Shown here in pieces: positions 25,723 through 39,459 of a DNA stretch of 64,000 nt. The first letter of the stretch is position 1. Every line of letters begins with the position of its first letter. The translations under genes and the position numbers were made by a program. Under the pieces are notes generated by a model. That model was not told where the DNA came from. It did no database searches and saw nothing but the letters and a program-made list of their open reading frames with translations. The DNA is from Octopus sinensis (taxonomy: Eukaryota). The stretch is from positions 9,486,001-9,550,000 of the forward strand of contig NC_043009.1 of the NCBI RefSeq assembly GCF_006345805.1. The letters run 5' to 3'.

Positions 25723-26732
25723 ACATCCACTTTTCCATGCTTGCATGGGTCAGATGGAATTTGTTGAGGGCAGACTTTCTAAAGTTGGATAACCCTTCCC
25801 GTCACCCATTCCCTTGTAAGTTAATATTGTTTCCTATGGTTGCCAAATATGCTTTCTGTGGAAGGATGGAAATGGAGATGATGATGGTAATGTTCATTTA
25901 AAACCGTCACGTACTATCTAGACAAGGATATGCACTTATCTACGCACGTGCCCGCACCATGTGCTTCTTTCAGTTTCCATTTACCAAATCCACTCACAAG
26001 GCTTTGGTTGACCATGGGACTATAGTAGAAGACACTTGCCAAAGGTACTGTGCAATGGGACTGAACTTAGGTAAACATATCCTATCCATTCTTCCAGTGT
26101 ACCATTATTTCAAGTGTAGTCTGGATTTTGTTTGTCTGGCAAAATTTTTTCTTTTTTTCTACTCAGTTGCATTGATGTCACCTCAAAAGGCTAAGTTGAC
26201 CTTGGAAGGATTTGAACATAGATTTGTTATATGCTAATACCTGAATTACACATCGAGTGTATGCAGACTGTCAATTTTATATAGTTCAAGCCTTTTAAAT
26301 TTAGTCATATTTGTTGTTGCTGTTGTTGTTGTTGTTGTTGTTGTTCTGGTTTGTTCTGTCAATAGATGTCTGGCTGTATTGATTGTCTCGATATGAAACA
26401 CGGCTCTAGGCAATTTTAAGTGATTAAGTCCAATTATGCATTTCTAAGATTCTTGGAAACTAAATATAATTTTTGAATTTCTGGTGTTTACATTTTACTT
26501 CTTTTTTTTTGTTTTTCAAACTCTTTACATTATTGTGTCACACCCACCACTCCCTTATTAGTCAGATCTTTAATTAAAATTAGTATTTCTACCCTCACAT
26601 GAAACAAATTCATGGTTATTTATATTTTTGTAGAGTTAAAATTTTGTATCGGTCAAGTTCTTCGGTGTCAGCAGAATAATTTAAAAAAACAACAACAACA
26701 TTGTTCTACGGAGAAGAAATATTTAAAGTGTC

Positions 26733-26953
26733 TTAACCCTTTTCATACGAACCCACCTGAAACCAATCCTGGTTCTGTGACAAACTGTTTAAAAGTGATT
26801 TAAATTACAATTTTCCATCAAAATTTTATGCTAATTGGTTCCAGACATCATCTTAATAATGAGAGCATTATTTTGCTAAATTCGTTATCATTTTAAAAAT
26901 TAATTAAAATAAAGTAATGTATGTCAACAGAAATATCGTAACAAAAGGGTTAA
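26733..26953. mobile_element. TTAA-flanked MITE (piggyBac-like)
   Basis: TTAA|CCCTTTT ... AAAAGGG|TTAA, about 220 bp. Confidence 0.75.
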
Positions 26954-27259
26954 TGTAGCTTCATCATTTAAAAGTAGTGCCCCAGTATGACAAGAATCCA
27001 GTGTCTGAAATCAGTGAATTAATTAAGCAATTATTGCAGAGCCCTGCCTATAATGATAAATATTTAATCATCTTCATGACAAACTAACTTATGGCTCATG
27101 TTTTGAAATTCACTGCATTAACTTTGTTCATGCTGACCACCACTAGTCTCCTCTTATTTGAATGACAGTCCAACAAGGAAGCCTCTACATGGTTGTTTGA
27201 ACTGTTAAAAATAACAGCCAAGTTCCCCCAAATACCACTTTAAAGTAGGGAAGGGTACG

Positions 27260-27484
27260 TTAACCCTTTTGGTACCAACCCACCCAACACTGTCCCTATT
27301 TCCATAATACAAACTTCCTGTTTGCTTCTAAATTAAAACCTCCATCAAAATTTCTTGTCAATTTATTTTCCAAACATTGGCTTAAAACCGACAGAAATAT
27401 TTTGCTAAATTCTTCATTATTTTCAAAATAAATTGAGACAGAGGCAGTGAATTTCAACAGAAATAGGGTAACGAAAGTCTTGAA
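27260..27484. mobile_element. TTAA-flanked MITE, degenerate right end
   Basis: TTAACCCTTTTGGTACC start. Body homologous to 26733 and 32354. Confidence 0.6.
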
Positions 27485-27708
27485 CAATATTGTCCTAAAT
27501 ATATAGAAAGAATGGATGGTCACAGTTGGCAAGCATTTGATCAATAGGCTTACCCAAAGAGACTGACCTGGGACAACAGCAATTTAAATTTAGTGAGTTA
27601 ATGTGATAAACCTTTTAGCTGCTTCACTTTTGGGTCAGGATTCTGAATCCAAAAGCTGATAATGTCTTTAGACAAAGTATGCTGTTCTTCTGTTTTATCT
27701 ACTGAGCT

Positions 27709-28000
27709 ATCATCATCATCATCGTTTAGCGTCCGCTTTCCATGCTAGCATGGGTTGGACGGTCCAACTGGGGTCTGGGAAGCCAGAAGGCTGCACCAGG
27801 CCCAGTCTGATCTGGCAATGTTTCTACAGCTAGTGGGTGCTTTTTACGTGCCAGATGAGGCTGGCAATGGCCACGATTGGATGGTGCTTTTTACGTGCCA
27901 CCAGCACGAGGCCAGTGGGGGCGGCGCTGGCAATGACCATGTTCGGATAGTTCTCTTACGTACCACCGGCACTGGTATCACAGTTGCAATTTCCATTGAT
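27709..28000 (-). mobile_element. RTE-type retroposon 3' tail with (GAT)n end
   Basis: CAACCCATGCTAGCATGGAAAGCGGACGCTAAACGATGATGATG on the minus strand. Related tails at about 1-78, 1985-2165, 6385-6500, 25715-25870, 38090-38290, 43690-43940, 48230-48445 and 63165-63305. Confidence 0.7.
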
Positions 28001-28219
28001 GTTGATCGATTTCAATCTCAATTTTGATTTTGATTTGCATACAATATACATTACAGAGCCGACACACTAAGTAGTGATGTGTATAAATGTTGCTAGATCA
28101 AATATGCTTGGGGCATATTTGATCCCTAAGAAAGCTATTCACTGTATTTTGTCATGAAGAAAGTACTTTGAATGGCTTCCTTTTGGGTCTGAATACACTA
28201 TAAGTATATTTGAACTAGA

Positions 28220-28460
28220 AAGGTGGCGAGCTGGCAGAAACGTTAGCCCGCCGAGTGAAATGCTTAGCGGCATTTCGTCTGCCATTACGTTCTGAGTTCA
28301 AATTCCGCCAAGGTCGACTTTACCTTTCATCCTTTCGGGGTCAATAAATTAAGTACCGGTTACACACTGGGGTCAATGCAATCAACTTAATCCCTTTGTC
28401 TGTCCTTGTTTGTCCCCTCTATGTTTAGCCCCTTGTGGGCAACAAAGAAATATGTATATT
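28220..28460 (+). mobile_element. tRNA-derived SINE family B, full length
   Basis: A box TGGCAGAAACGTTAG, B box GAGTTCAAATTCC, central block, and CCCCTTGTGGGCAACAAAGAAATA end. Confidence 0.9.
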
Positions 28461-30394
28461 TGAACAGGTAACAAGTTTGTAATGATATATATTATATACA
28501 ATACATATACATTTTGTATATAATGTATTCTGTTGTGTCTGGGGAGAGTCATTTTCTTTTTGTGCCTTATTATGTAACACACTCACCAGTAAAATTTCCA
28601 CTTATTCCTTATTTTTATTTTCCTAAAATTTTTGTTGCGTCTTGCAACATTTTCAATAGTCTTGACTGTTCGTTATTTACACTGCATTCCTTTTTGTTTG
28701 TTTGTGCGCATGTGTGTGTGTGTGTGGGGGTATATATGTGTATATACACATATATGTAAGCATATGGATATGAAAATAAACAGATCAACGTACAGAAGGA
28801 TAGGTAGATAGGTTATAAGAACAGACAAGCGCACATACGCAAATGGAGACTGAAGCACATGACCATATATACACACACACTTTACTTCACACAAGGACAC
28901 ATTGGAGACATGGGTCCACACATCCATACATACAAACATGGTACATAGTTGCAAAACACACATACACACATACACACACACACACAGACATGAACACACA
29001 AAGAGACAGAGGTGCATACATATACAAACGCATGTTCACACACACATACATAAAAAAATACACAAACACAGACATGTAAGCACATGAATATGCAGAATAC
29101 ATACATACAGATGCACACACAAACACATATACATACACACACATGTATATATACACATGCATGCATTCATAGGCACATACACACACACACACTGACCCAC
29201 ACGCATGCGAACAAACAAACAAAAAGAAACGAAGTGTAAATAACAGAGTCAGGACTATTGAAAAGGTTGTAAGATGCAATGAAAATTTTGGGAAAATAAA
29301 GATAAGGAATAAGTGGAAATTTTACTGGTGAGTGTGTTACATAATAAGGCACAAAAAGAAAATGACTCTCCCCAGACACAACAGAATGGTTCATGAAGAA
29401 TACAGAGTTCATTTCTTGACCTTTTGCTACCTGAAGCATCCATCATTAGATGAGAAATGCTAGTGAAGGAGTTGCTCCCTAAATTCTCCTTAAAAAGTGG
29501 CTGCTGTTTAGATTTGTGCCTCAGTTGCAAACACGGTCTACAAATGTGGGCTACAGTATTTACTACGTGCACTTCATCTGTCATAGTTTCATTCACATCT
29601 AGGTTGCATAGTAAAAATATAAATTGATCCCTGGAGTTAACCGGATCTTCATTTTATCCATCCCTGTAGGATGAGAGGAAAACTGACCTGACGTCTGCAG
29701 AATTTGAATTCAGAAAGTAAAGAGTTGCATTGAATTAGTTGTAGTACACAGTATAAAGTGGTTGGAATTTAAGAGGAAAACCGCATTAGATTCCTCTTAA
29801 GATTTTCAACTGATTTCATAGAAACTGCAGATTCTAAACGAGCTGTCTTCGTGCTTAAACTGATTTTTCACTTAGTAATATAAGTTACCTTATGAACTAC
29901 TTGTATTAAAAATATCTTATAATGACAGAATTTAAAGATTTTAGAGACAGAAGAAAAACATAAGCAGACTTAGAATTAATTCAATACTTTCAACAGATTC
30001 AAATTCCTTCAGACACTTTCTAAAGAATCATCTCGCCTCGAGCTATGGAGTGACAAGCTCAGAACAATTTCACTGATGTCTAACGTACAAAGAATCCAGT
30101 CGGTGGAATAACGACCATATAGTAGAACAACAACGCGTTTAGTTCATACCAGTATGGAAGCAATAGAGATATCTTAACTGTCTCCATCCTGAATTCAGCT
30201 TGTCACTTTAAAGTTGCTCAGCCTTCAAGGTCGTGGAGACAGGTGGCCTAGTTTGTTAGATAGCGGTTTCAATTCCTGCACCGGAATTGTGTTTTTAAGC
30301 AAAACACATTCGCATTGCTCCAGTCCACCCAAGTGGCAAAACTGAATAATCCTGTGATGGACTAGTGTCCCATCTATGAGGTAAATATATATAT

Positions 30395-30575
30395 ACTAGC
30401 ACTATGACCTGGCAACGCTGGGTCATAGTGCTAGTGCATGCATATACAGCTGTGTGCGTGCGCACATACACGCGAGTACTGTCCAAATCTCCGACCGATC
30501 ACATACAGCTAGCTGGCATTCAATTGGTGTATCAAGTTTCGGGCATTTTGATTGGGTTTTGGATAGAAAATTGGA
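30395..30575 (+). mobile_element. HINE-like element, family 1, 3'-truncated
   Basis: Terminal hairpin and body nearly identical to 41484-41660. Confidence 0.72.
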
Positions 30576-30762
30576 TAGAAGCTGGGAAACTAGTCCTTAT
30601 GAATCAGTAGGGCTTGAGAAGGATGTAGCCAAGGTAACAAAGTATGGAATATATTGTTGAGTTATTCTAAGGGTTGTATAACAGACTATGGAGAATTTGA
30701 TGAAACATTCATTGTTGCCTCAACCTTACTGTATTAATGGCTTTGATAAAAGGTAAAGAGTA

Positions 30763-31055
30763 AAGACCCCCTTTGGTCATGACTGACCATGGGATTGCAA
30801 TCTAGAAAGTTACCCTCCGAGGTGCAAGTCCAGGCAAGGTTGTTTATGGAAGACCAGCAGTCGCCCATGTATACCAGCCTCCCCTTTTCACGCCAGCGAT
30901 GTTATCCAAGGGAAAGGCAAAGGCCATTACAGCTTGGCCCAAGCGATGTCGCAACTCATTTCTACACCTGAGTGAACTGGAGCAGCATGAAATAAAGTTT
31001 CTTGCTCAAGAACACAACACACAGCCTGGTAAGGGAATCAAACTCACAACCTCAT
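30763..31055 (-). mobile_element. SINE family D, head truncated
   Basis: Colinear with 31421-31761. Confidence 0.82.
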
Positions 31056-31335
31056 TTTTATGTGTTCTGAATTAAAATCTTCCATCAGAATGTAGTGTTA
31101 ATTTATGTTCCAAAAGTCAATTAATAATGTTAACAAAGTGGCCTTGATTATGTAAAAGGAAACTGTCAGAGGTGATCTGGTTGTCAAACATGTAGCATTT
31201 AACACTTCCATAACTATATCTCGGTTGAAATATGTTGCCATATGTTTGAAATACGTTTGAAAATAATCAAGAATTTGCAGAGACTTAGTAACATAAATAC
31301 TACCTTTCATGTCGCTAAGCAAAACTTTAAAATTC

Positions 31336-31913
31336 TTAACCCCTTTGTTACCATATTTTTGTTGAGGTACTCTGTCTTTACTTCACTTAATTTTGAAAAT
31401 AATGAAAATTTTAGTGAAATGAGCTGAGCTGAGACCCCCTTCGGTCATGACTGACTGTGGGATTGCACCTAGAAAGTTACCCTCCCAGGCACAAATCCGG
31501 GCAAGGTTGTTTATGGAAGACCAGCAGTCCCCCACGCATACCGGCCTCCCCTTTCCATGCCACCAGTGTTATCCAAGGGAAAGGCAAAGGCCGATACAGC
31601 TTGGCACCTGTGACTTTGCAACTTATTTCTGCAGTGAACTGGAGCAACATGAAATAAAGTGTCTTGCTCAAGAACACAACACGCAGCCTGGTCCGGGATT
31701 CGAACTCACAACCTCACAATTGTAAGTTCGACACTCTAACCACTGAGCCATGCGCCTTCACTAGTGAAATAACTTTGTCGTTATTATTGGTTTTTGGAAC
31801 ATAAATTAACACTAAATTCTGATGGAAGATTTTAATTCAGAACTCTTGAAACCGAAATGTTTGTAACACAGATGAAGGGGTGGTCTGAGGTAGGTTGGTA
31901 TCAAAAGGGTCAA
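31336..31913. mobile_element. TTAA-type MITE split by a SINE insertion
   Basis: TTAACCCCTTTGTTACC ... ATCAAAAGGGTCAA. The body resumes after the SINE at 31771. Confidence 0.65.
31421..31761 (-). mobile_element. SINE family D, full length, with a 9-bp TSD
   Basis: TAGTGAAAT at 31412-31420 and 31762-31770. Head GTGAAGGCGCATGGCTCAGTGGTTAGAG. Confidence 0.9.
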
Positions 31914-31944
31914 ACAAATGATAAATGATAAGGTGTAACATATT

Positions 31945-32305
31945 CTATTCTTTTATTCTTTTACACATTTCAGTCATTGGACTGCAGCCTTAAAGGGTTT
32001 CAATTGAAAATAATCAACCCCAGGACTTATTTTTTTGTAAGCCTTGCACTTATTCTATCAGTCTCTGCTAAGTTTCAGGGACATAAACACACCAACATAG
32101 GTTGTCAAGCAATGGTGGGTAGAACAAACATAGACATAAAGACTTACATACATGATGGGCTTCTTTAAGTTTCCATCTACCAAATCCACTCATAAGACTT
32201 TGGTTGGCCCGAGGCTATAGTAGAAGACACTTGCCCAAGGTGCCACACAGTTGGACTGAACCCAGAACCATGTGGCTGGAAAGCAAGCTTCTTACCACAC
32301 AGCCA
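31945..32305 (-). mobile_element. SINE family A
   Basis: Reverse complement of the family A consensus. Confidence 0.8.
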
Positions 32306-32353
32306 CAACAAGGTGTTTTGTAGATATTCTCCAGCAGGTTGATATCAAAAGGA

Positions 32354-32585
32354 TTAACTCTTTCGACACCAGGCTGCATGAAACCACTCCTGGTTCTTAT
32401 GATACAAATTTCTTGTTTTAAAATGATCCAATTTAAAAGCTTTCATTAAAATTTCATGCTTATTTATTTTCAGAACACCAACTTAATAACAACAATGTTT
32501 ATTTTACTAAATTCTTCATTATTTTTAGAATTAACGAAAACAAAAGCAGTGTCTTTCAATAGAAATATGGTAACTAAAGTGTTAA
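32354..32585. mobile_element. TTAA-flanked MITE
   Basis: TTAACTCTTTCGACACC ... GGTAACTAAAGTGTTAA. Confidence 0.65.
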
Positions 32586-32772
32586 ATGGTAATCTGCTAA
32601 GACAACTATTAATCCTTTAGCATTTAGATTACTCTGTCAAATGTAAAGTTTTAAAAAATTTATATTGTTATAAATTAGTTACGTATTGTGTTGTAGCTTC
32701 ATGAGTTTAATGGTGATTAATGGTTACTCATTCACTTGTTTCAATCATTTGACTGCATCCATGCTGGAGCAC

Positions 32773-33082
32773 AATGGCCCAGTGGTTAGGACAGCGGACT
32801 CGCAGTCGGAGGATCACGGTTTCGATTCCCAGACCGGGTGTTGTGTGTGTGTTTATTGAGCGAAAACACCTTAAAGCTCCATGAGGCTCCGGCAGGAGAT
32901 CGTGGCAACCTCTGTTGTACTCTTTCGCCACAACTTTCTCTCAATCTTTCTTCCTGTTTCTTGAATAACGCTGCGATGGACTGGCATCCTGTCCAGCTAG
33001 GGGGAACACATGCACCACAGAAACCGGAAAACCGAGCCCATGAGCCTGGCTAGGCTTGAAAAGGGCACATAAATAAAAAAAA
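32773..33082 (+). mobile_element. SINE family C head with an alternative 3' half and a 12-bp TSD
   Basis: ATGCTGGAGCAC at 32761-32772 and 33083-33094, A-rich tail, inserted in a family A copy. Confidence 0.85.
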
Positions 33083-33547
33083 ATGCTGGAGCACCACCTT
33101 AAAGGGTTTTAGTTGAACAAATTGACCCCAGGACTTATTTTTGAAGCCTAGTACTTATTCTATCCTTTGCCAAATCTCTAAGTTATGGGGACATAAACTC
33201 ACCAACACAGATTGTCAAGTGGTGGTGGCGGGGGTGGGGTCAAATACAGACTCAAAGACACACACACACAGATATATATGTAAGTGAAAAAATGTATAGT
33301 AACTGCTCAAACGGAAAGTAATCTGGTTGATAACTGATGAAGGATTAGGGACCTTCAATGTTTGTTTTCTGTCCATTTGTCTACTCAATACACATTTTCC
33401 CGTTCATCTGTGCATTCATTGTTTTTTACTTTTTGTTTGTGCTTTTTCTATACATTTGTTCACTTATTAAGTAATGGAATGTAACATGCATACCGGTTTT
33501 ATTAGTAATAAGTTATATGTGTGTGTGTGTGCGTGTGTGTGTGTGCA

Positions 33548-33586
<39 letters not shown>

Positions 33587-33629
33587 ATGTGTGTGTTTGT
33601 GTGTGTATGTCAAGCTTCTTTCAGTTTCC

Positions 33630-33850
33630 TATTTCTTTACTGCCCACGAGGGGCTAAACACAGAGGGGACAAACAAAGGAATTAAGTCGATTACATCGAC
33701 CCCAGTGCGTAACTGGTACTTAATTTATCGACCCTGAAAGGATGAAAGGCAAAGTTGACCTTGGTGGAATTTGAACTCAGAATGTAACAGCAAACAAAAT
33801 GCTGTTAAGCATTTTGCCCGGCATGCTAACGTCTCCGCCAGCTCACCTGA
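33630..33850 (-). mobile_element. SINE family B
   Basis: Reverse complement of family B. Confidence 0.8.
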
Positions 33851-34734
33851 AAAGCTTCTTTCAGTTTCTATCTATCAAATCCACTTACGGTGGGGGCAGG
33901 GGTTTCGGTTGGTCTGAGGCTATAAGTAGAAGACACTCACCCAAGGTGCCATGCAGTGGGACTGAACCAGGAACCATGTGGTTGGGAAGCAAGCTTCTTA
34001 CCACATAACTATGACTGCCCCTGTGTATTTTTAGAATGCCATGTAGGGTATATGTGAGAGGTCGAATCTGGTTAGTTTCAATGTAAAATGGGTTTTTGTC
34101 AGATATGGCCAGTTTAAATGCTGAAAGGTTATGCTACCACCACCACCACTACAATCGAAGGTGACACTCCACTATATTATCACCATTGACATCCCTACTC
34201 TAGCAACTATTATTACTATTTGGTTACTGGAAACTGAAAGAAGCCTGCGACATGTGCATGTCATTGGCATTTGGTGATAGTTGTAATTGAGCATCCTCAT
34301 ACAAGCGCTTCCATCCCTCTACAAAAGCCATTCTTTCCACCATTACTATCCAAGAACAGCACAAAGCAGTAAGATGGTTTTTAGGTGGTCACTCTATCTG
34401 CATGAAATAGCAGCCAAGTCTCCATGGAATCATGTCCTAACTGTCTTAAATAAGTAAACAATACATTAGATGCTTTAGGCACCTCTAGGAAAACAAAATA
34501 ATCATGGTTTGAATTTTTGATTGTGGGTCTGCTTGGTCAGGGCTGACCTGGGGCTAAATCATAACAACAGCTAGTCTCTACACATTGCTCCTACTACCAC
34601 TGTAGCTGTTATCTCTAGCTTTGTTAGTACCATGACCAACAACCTCTTACCCCCTAAAATGTATAAAAAATGTCACCACTTAAAATACTGATATCAGTTG
34701 CATTGCCAATGTTTCAATGCCCTAATTTAGTTAT

Positions 34735-35200
34735 AACTCCATATATTGATGACCCCCATGTATTGTTAATTCTATATATTGGTGACCCCATATTGATACC
34801 CTAATATATTGATGACCCTCCATGTATTATTACTCCATATATTGATGACCCCATATATTGTTACTCTATATATTGGTGACCCCATATTGATAACCCATAT
34901 GTATTGTTAACTCAATATATTAAAGGCCCCATATTAATACTCTAATGTGTTGGTGACCCCATATTGATACCCTAATATATTGATGATCCTGTATTGATAT
35001 TAATGCATTGATGACCCCCATGTATTGTTAACTCCATATATTAATACCCTAATGTAAGGATGATCCCAATGTGTTGTTAACTCCATATCTTGATGACCCC
35101 ATATTGATGCCCTAAACTATTGATGACCCTATATTAATGCCCTAATGTCAGAATGACCCCATGTATTGATGACTCTATGTATTGATGCCCCCATGTTTTG
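34735..35200. repeat. Degenerate minisatellite (about 16-nt subunits: ATATTGATGACCCC / ATGTATTGTTAACTCC / ATATTGATACCCTAAT)
   Basis: About 30 imperfect subunits read directly. Confidence 0.85.
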
Positions 35201-35296
35201 ACCCCCCCTGCATTACAGTCTAACTTTGCCCCTTAACCTTGCTCTCTTTGTACGATGACTTTTAAAGATTTTATTTTCCCTTTTCCTGTTTTGCAG

Positions 35297-36039
35297 TCGT
35301 CGTCAGCTACAAACTATCCAATGTTTACAATTGAACAGATTGAATTGATTCGGCGACTGCGCAACAGTGGAATAACTAAGGAACAAGTTGTAGAAGCTTT
35401 TGAGCGCTTCGACCGTATTGACCAAGAACTTGGACTCTTGTACACAGTTCCATCCAGTGGTGCTTCACCTTCTTCTACAGCAACAGCGAGCCAAACGCTC
35501 AATGTTGCCGTCACTGCCAGTGCGCAGTCGAGTGTCACAAATGTGCCCACCACCACCACTGCCTTCGCCCTTAGCCAGGGTGCGGCAGTGTCACGGTCAA
35601 ACGGACAATACTCATTGTACACATCATCTCGGCCGTCATTCTCATCATCATCCCCACAGTCGGACAATGGACAATCAGATCTTAAACCTCCTAGCAATAA
35701 ACGGCCACGAGAGGAGTGCAGTGAGAATAACCATGACGAGTCTCTGCAAGAAAACAGTCAACGGGCCCACAATTCTGTTCACAATTCCATGTCGCTAGGA
35801 GGAGGAAATTCTTTATCTACTAACAGATCCTTGTCATATGCCGACAGTCATTCAACCATCACAGCATCTCAAAATTCTACAGTGCCCAATTCTTTGTCAG
35901 GAACACAGAACTCACCAGCTTCACGGGTCAATGACTCAATGCCCAGCTTAGCAAGTGGGGCATTAGATGATAGCCAGTTGGCAATTAACTTAGAAAATAA
36001 TCCAGATTTGGAAATTGAAGAACTACAAGAATTTATGAA
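35297..36039 (+). CDS. HMBOX1: Large coding exon of an HMBOX1/HNF1-class homeobox transcription factor (N-terminal motif plus S/T/N-rich linker)
   Basis: Acceptor ttttcctgttttgcAG ends at 35296 and donor GTAAGT starts at 36040 (phase 2). The peptide FTIEQIELIRRLRNSGITKEQVVEAFERFDRIDQE matches HMBOX1 FTIEQIDLLQRLRRTGMTKHEILHALETLDRLDQE as recalled. Confidence 0.9.
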
Positions 36040-36139
36040 GTAAGTCATTACTTTTTTTATAGTTTTTTTCCCAAAAAATATTGTCATTATTATTGTTTTT
36101 ATTTCTTATATTGCGAAAGGCGATATAGACAAATGTGGA

Positions 36140-37200
<1,061 letters not shown>

Positions 37201-37220
37201 CCATCTATCTATCTATCTAT

Positions 37221-37530
37221 CTGTGATCACCGTGACCGACCAGGCTTTCAGATGTTGCTACACATCGCTGGTCACAATGCACTTCGCATTGTTTTAGCCT
37301 CCAAATGACGCCACCCCACTGGCTAAGCGAGTAGGCCAACAGAAGAAAGAGTGAGAGAAAGTTGGGGCGAAAGAGTACAACAGGGATCACCGCCACCACC
37401 CCCTGCTGGACCCTTGTGGAGCTTTAGGTGTTTTTGCTCAATAAACACTCACAACGCCTGGTCTGGGAATTGAAACCGCGATCCTACGACTGCAAGTCTG
37501 CTGCCCTAACCACTGGGCCATTGCGCCTCC
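37221..37530 (-). mobile_element. SINE family C, full length
   Basis: Colinear with 9835-10143. Confidence 0.88.
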
Positions 37531-38309
37531 CTATCTATCTGTATGTATGTATATATGTATTCATATCTGTCTTATTTACACATGCGTTTCACTCTCTGGT
37601 TTGTAAATAATAGCTTCACTAATGGTGTTATTTGCTTACAGTTCGTGACAAAAGCATGTCCAGGCTTCCTGACATGCCTTAACATGTATGATCTTTGGTA
37701 ACAAAAAAGCTCATTTCATTATCAGTTGTCTCTATCACTCCAGAAATCATGTCTGGGCTATTTGTTGTTTGATAGACTGAGAGATTATTATCTCACTTGG
37801 AAACAGGCTTGCTGGGGTTAGTGACAGGATGAGCACACAAGCTGTAGAAAAATGCTGATTTAGCTTTTATATCTAGCAATCAGGTGACATGTAAAGGCTT
37901 TCTTGTTGTCTTGTCAATAATGAATGTATTAATGTTATTGGAAGAGAGAGAGCAAAGACAGAGAACAATGTGAGACAAAATGTGAAGCCACGTGATTAGG
38001 AAATGAATGTGTTAACTACACAGTCAAGCCTTTATATAAGGAGTCCCTATTTACTTCGCCCTCCAAAAGTAAATAACAATTTAATTCATGTATCACTAGT
38101 TGGTGGTATGAAAAAGGCTCCTAGTACACTCAGTAAAGTGGTTGTTGTTAGGAAAGGCATCCAGTCTTACAAATCATGTCAAAGCAGACATTGGAGCATT
38201 GATGCAGTTTCTAGATCCACTTGAATCTACTGGTCCATCTGACCCATGCCAGTATGATAGGTAGATGTTAAAAGATGTTGACGATGATATGTATGTATTC
38301 ATGTATAGT

Positions 38310-38517
38310 CTTTACTCTTTTACTTGTTTCAGTCATTTGACTGTGGCCATGCTGGAGCACTGCCTTTAGTCGAGCAAATCGACCCCAGGACTTATACTTT
38401 GTAAGCCTAGTACTTATTCTATTGGTCTCTTTTGCCGAACCGCTAAGTTATGGGAACGTAAACACACCAGCATTGGTTGTCAAGCGATGTTGGGGGGACA
38501 AACACAGACGCACAAAC

Positions 38518-38578
<61 letters not shown>

Positions 38579-38748
38579 TATGATGTATATATGTATATAT
38601 ATTTCCATCTACCAAATCCACTCACAAGGCTTTGGTCGGCCTGAGGCTATAGTAGAAGACACTTGCCCAAGGTGTCATGCAGTGGGACCGAACCCGGAAC
38701 CAAGTGGTTGGTAAGCAAGCTACTTACCACACAGCCACTCCTACGCCT
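38310..38748 (-). mobile_element. SINE family A, full length
   Basis: Head to tail complete. Confidence 0.88.
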
Positions 38749-39424
38749 ATATATGTATATGTGTGTGTAGACATCATATTTGCTCTTAAAAACATACATG
38801 CAAAATGTCTATCTTGATTTGTTTCTAGGTGCAGAGACACTATATGTAGTCTTAAAACACACACAGAGATACAGACACTAACACACATACACACATAAAA
38901 CTAAATATCTGTGGATATATTTGTTGTTTTTAGATTTTAAACATTCCAATAGAGAATTCTTGCGTACTAATTACCTGATGCTTTATTTCTCTTGTGTGTG
39001 AAACACTTCCATACTTGTGCTTAGTATGCACAATTCTCCACCACCATATTTTCTCCTCACCCATGCTATATGTTTGTGTGCGTGAAACTCACATATAATA
39101 TTTTCTGCTGTGTCACATATTTAAGCCTTTTATTATTCTTAGGTTATTCATGTACTAATTAATATAAGGTTTATTCTGCAAATTATTGCACACATGCTGA
39201 TTGTAATTTACTTCTGTATCAATTCTGAGATCAATTTACTAATTAATTAATTAACAATACTGAAGTAAACTGCATCCATTACATGTGCTTTTATTAATTA
39301 ATTAGTTAATTTATTAACAATATAGAGGTAAATTACAACTAGTGCATGTGTTTTTGTGGGTATATGACCCTACCAAAGTACAGCAATAAAATGATTAATT
39401 TGAGGTTTAAAAGTAACACTCATA

Positions 39425-39459
<35 letters not shown>

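Noticed and set aside
28220-28320. tRNA-like A/B boxes here and at other SINE heads
   Set aside because: They continue into SINE bodies and give no complete cloverleaf, so no tRNA gene is called.
34735-35200. Repeated TGATGA as snoRNA box C
   Set aside because: It is part of the minisatellite unit, with no box D pairing or terminal stem.
35255-35296. ORF-track start MTFKDFIFPFPVLQ
   Set aside because: This is the polypyrimidine tract and acceptor, not coding sequence.
35314-35798. Antisense 127-aa and alternate-frame 132-aa ORFs
   Set aside because: Shadows of the real HMBOX1-like exon.
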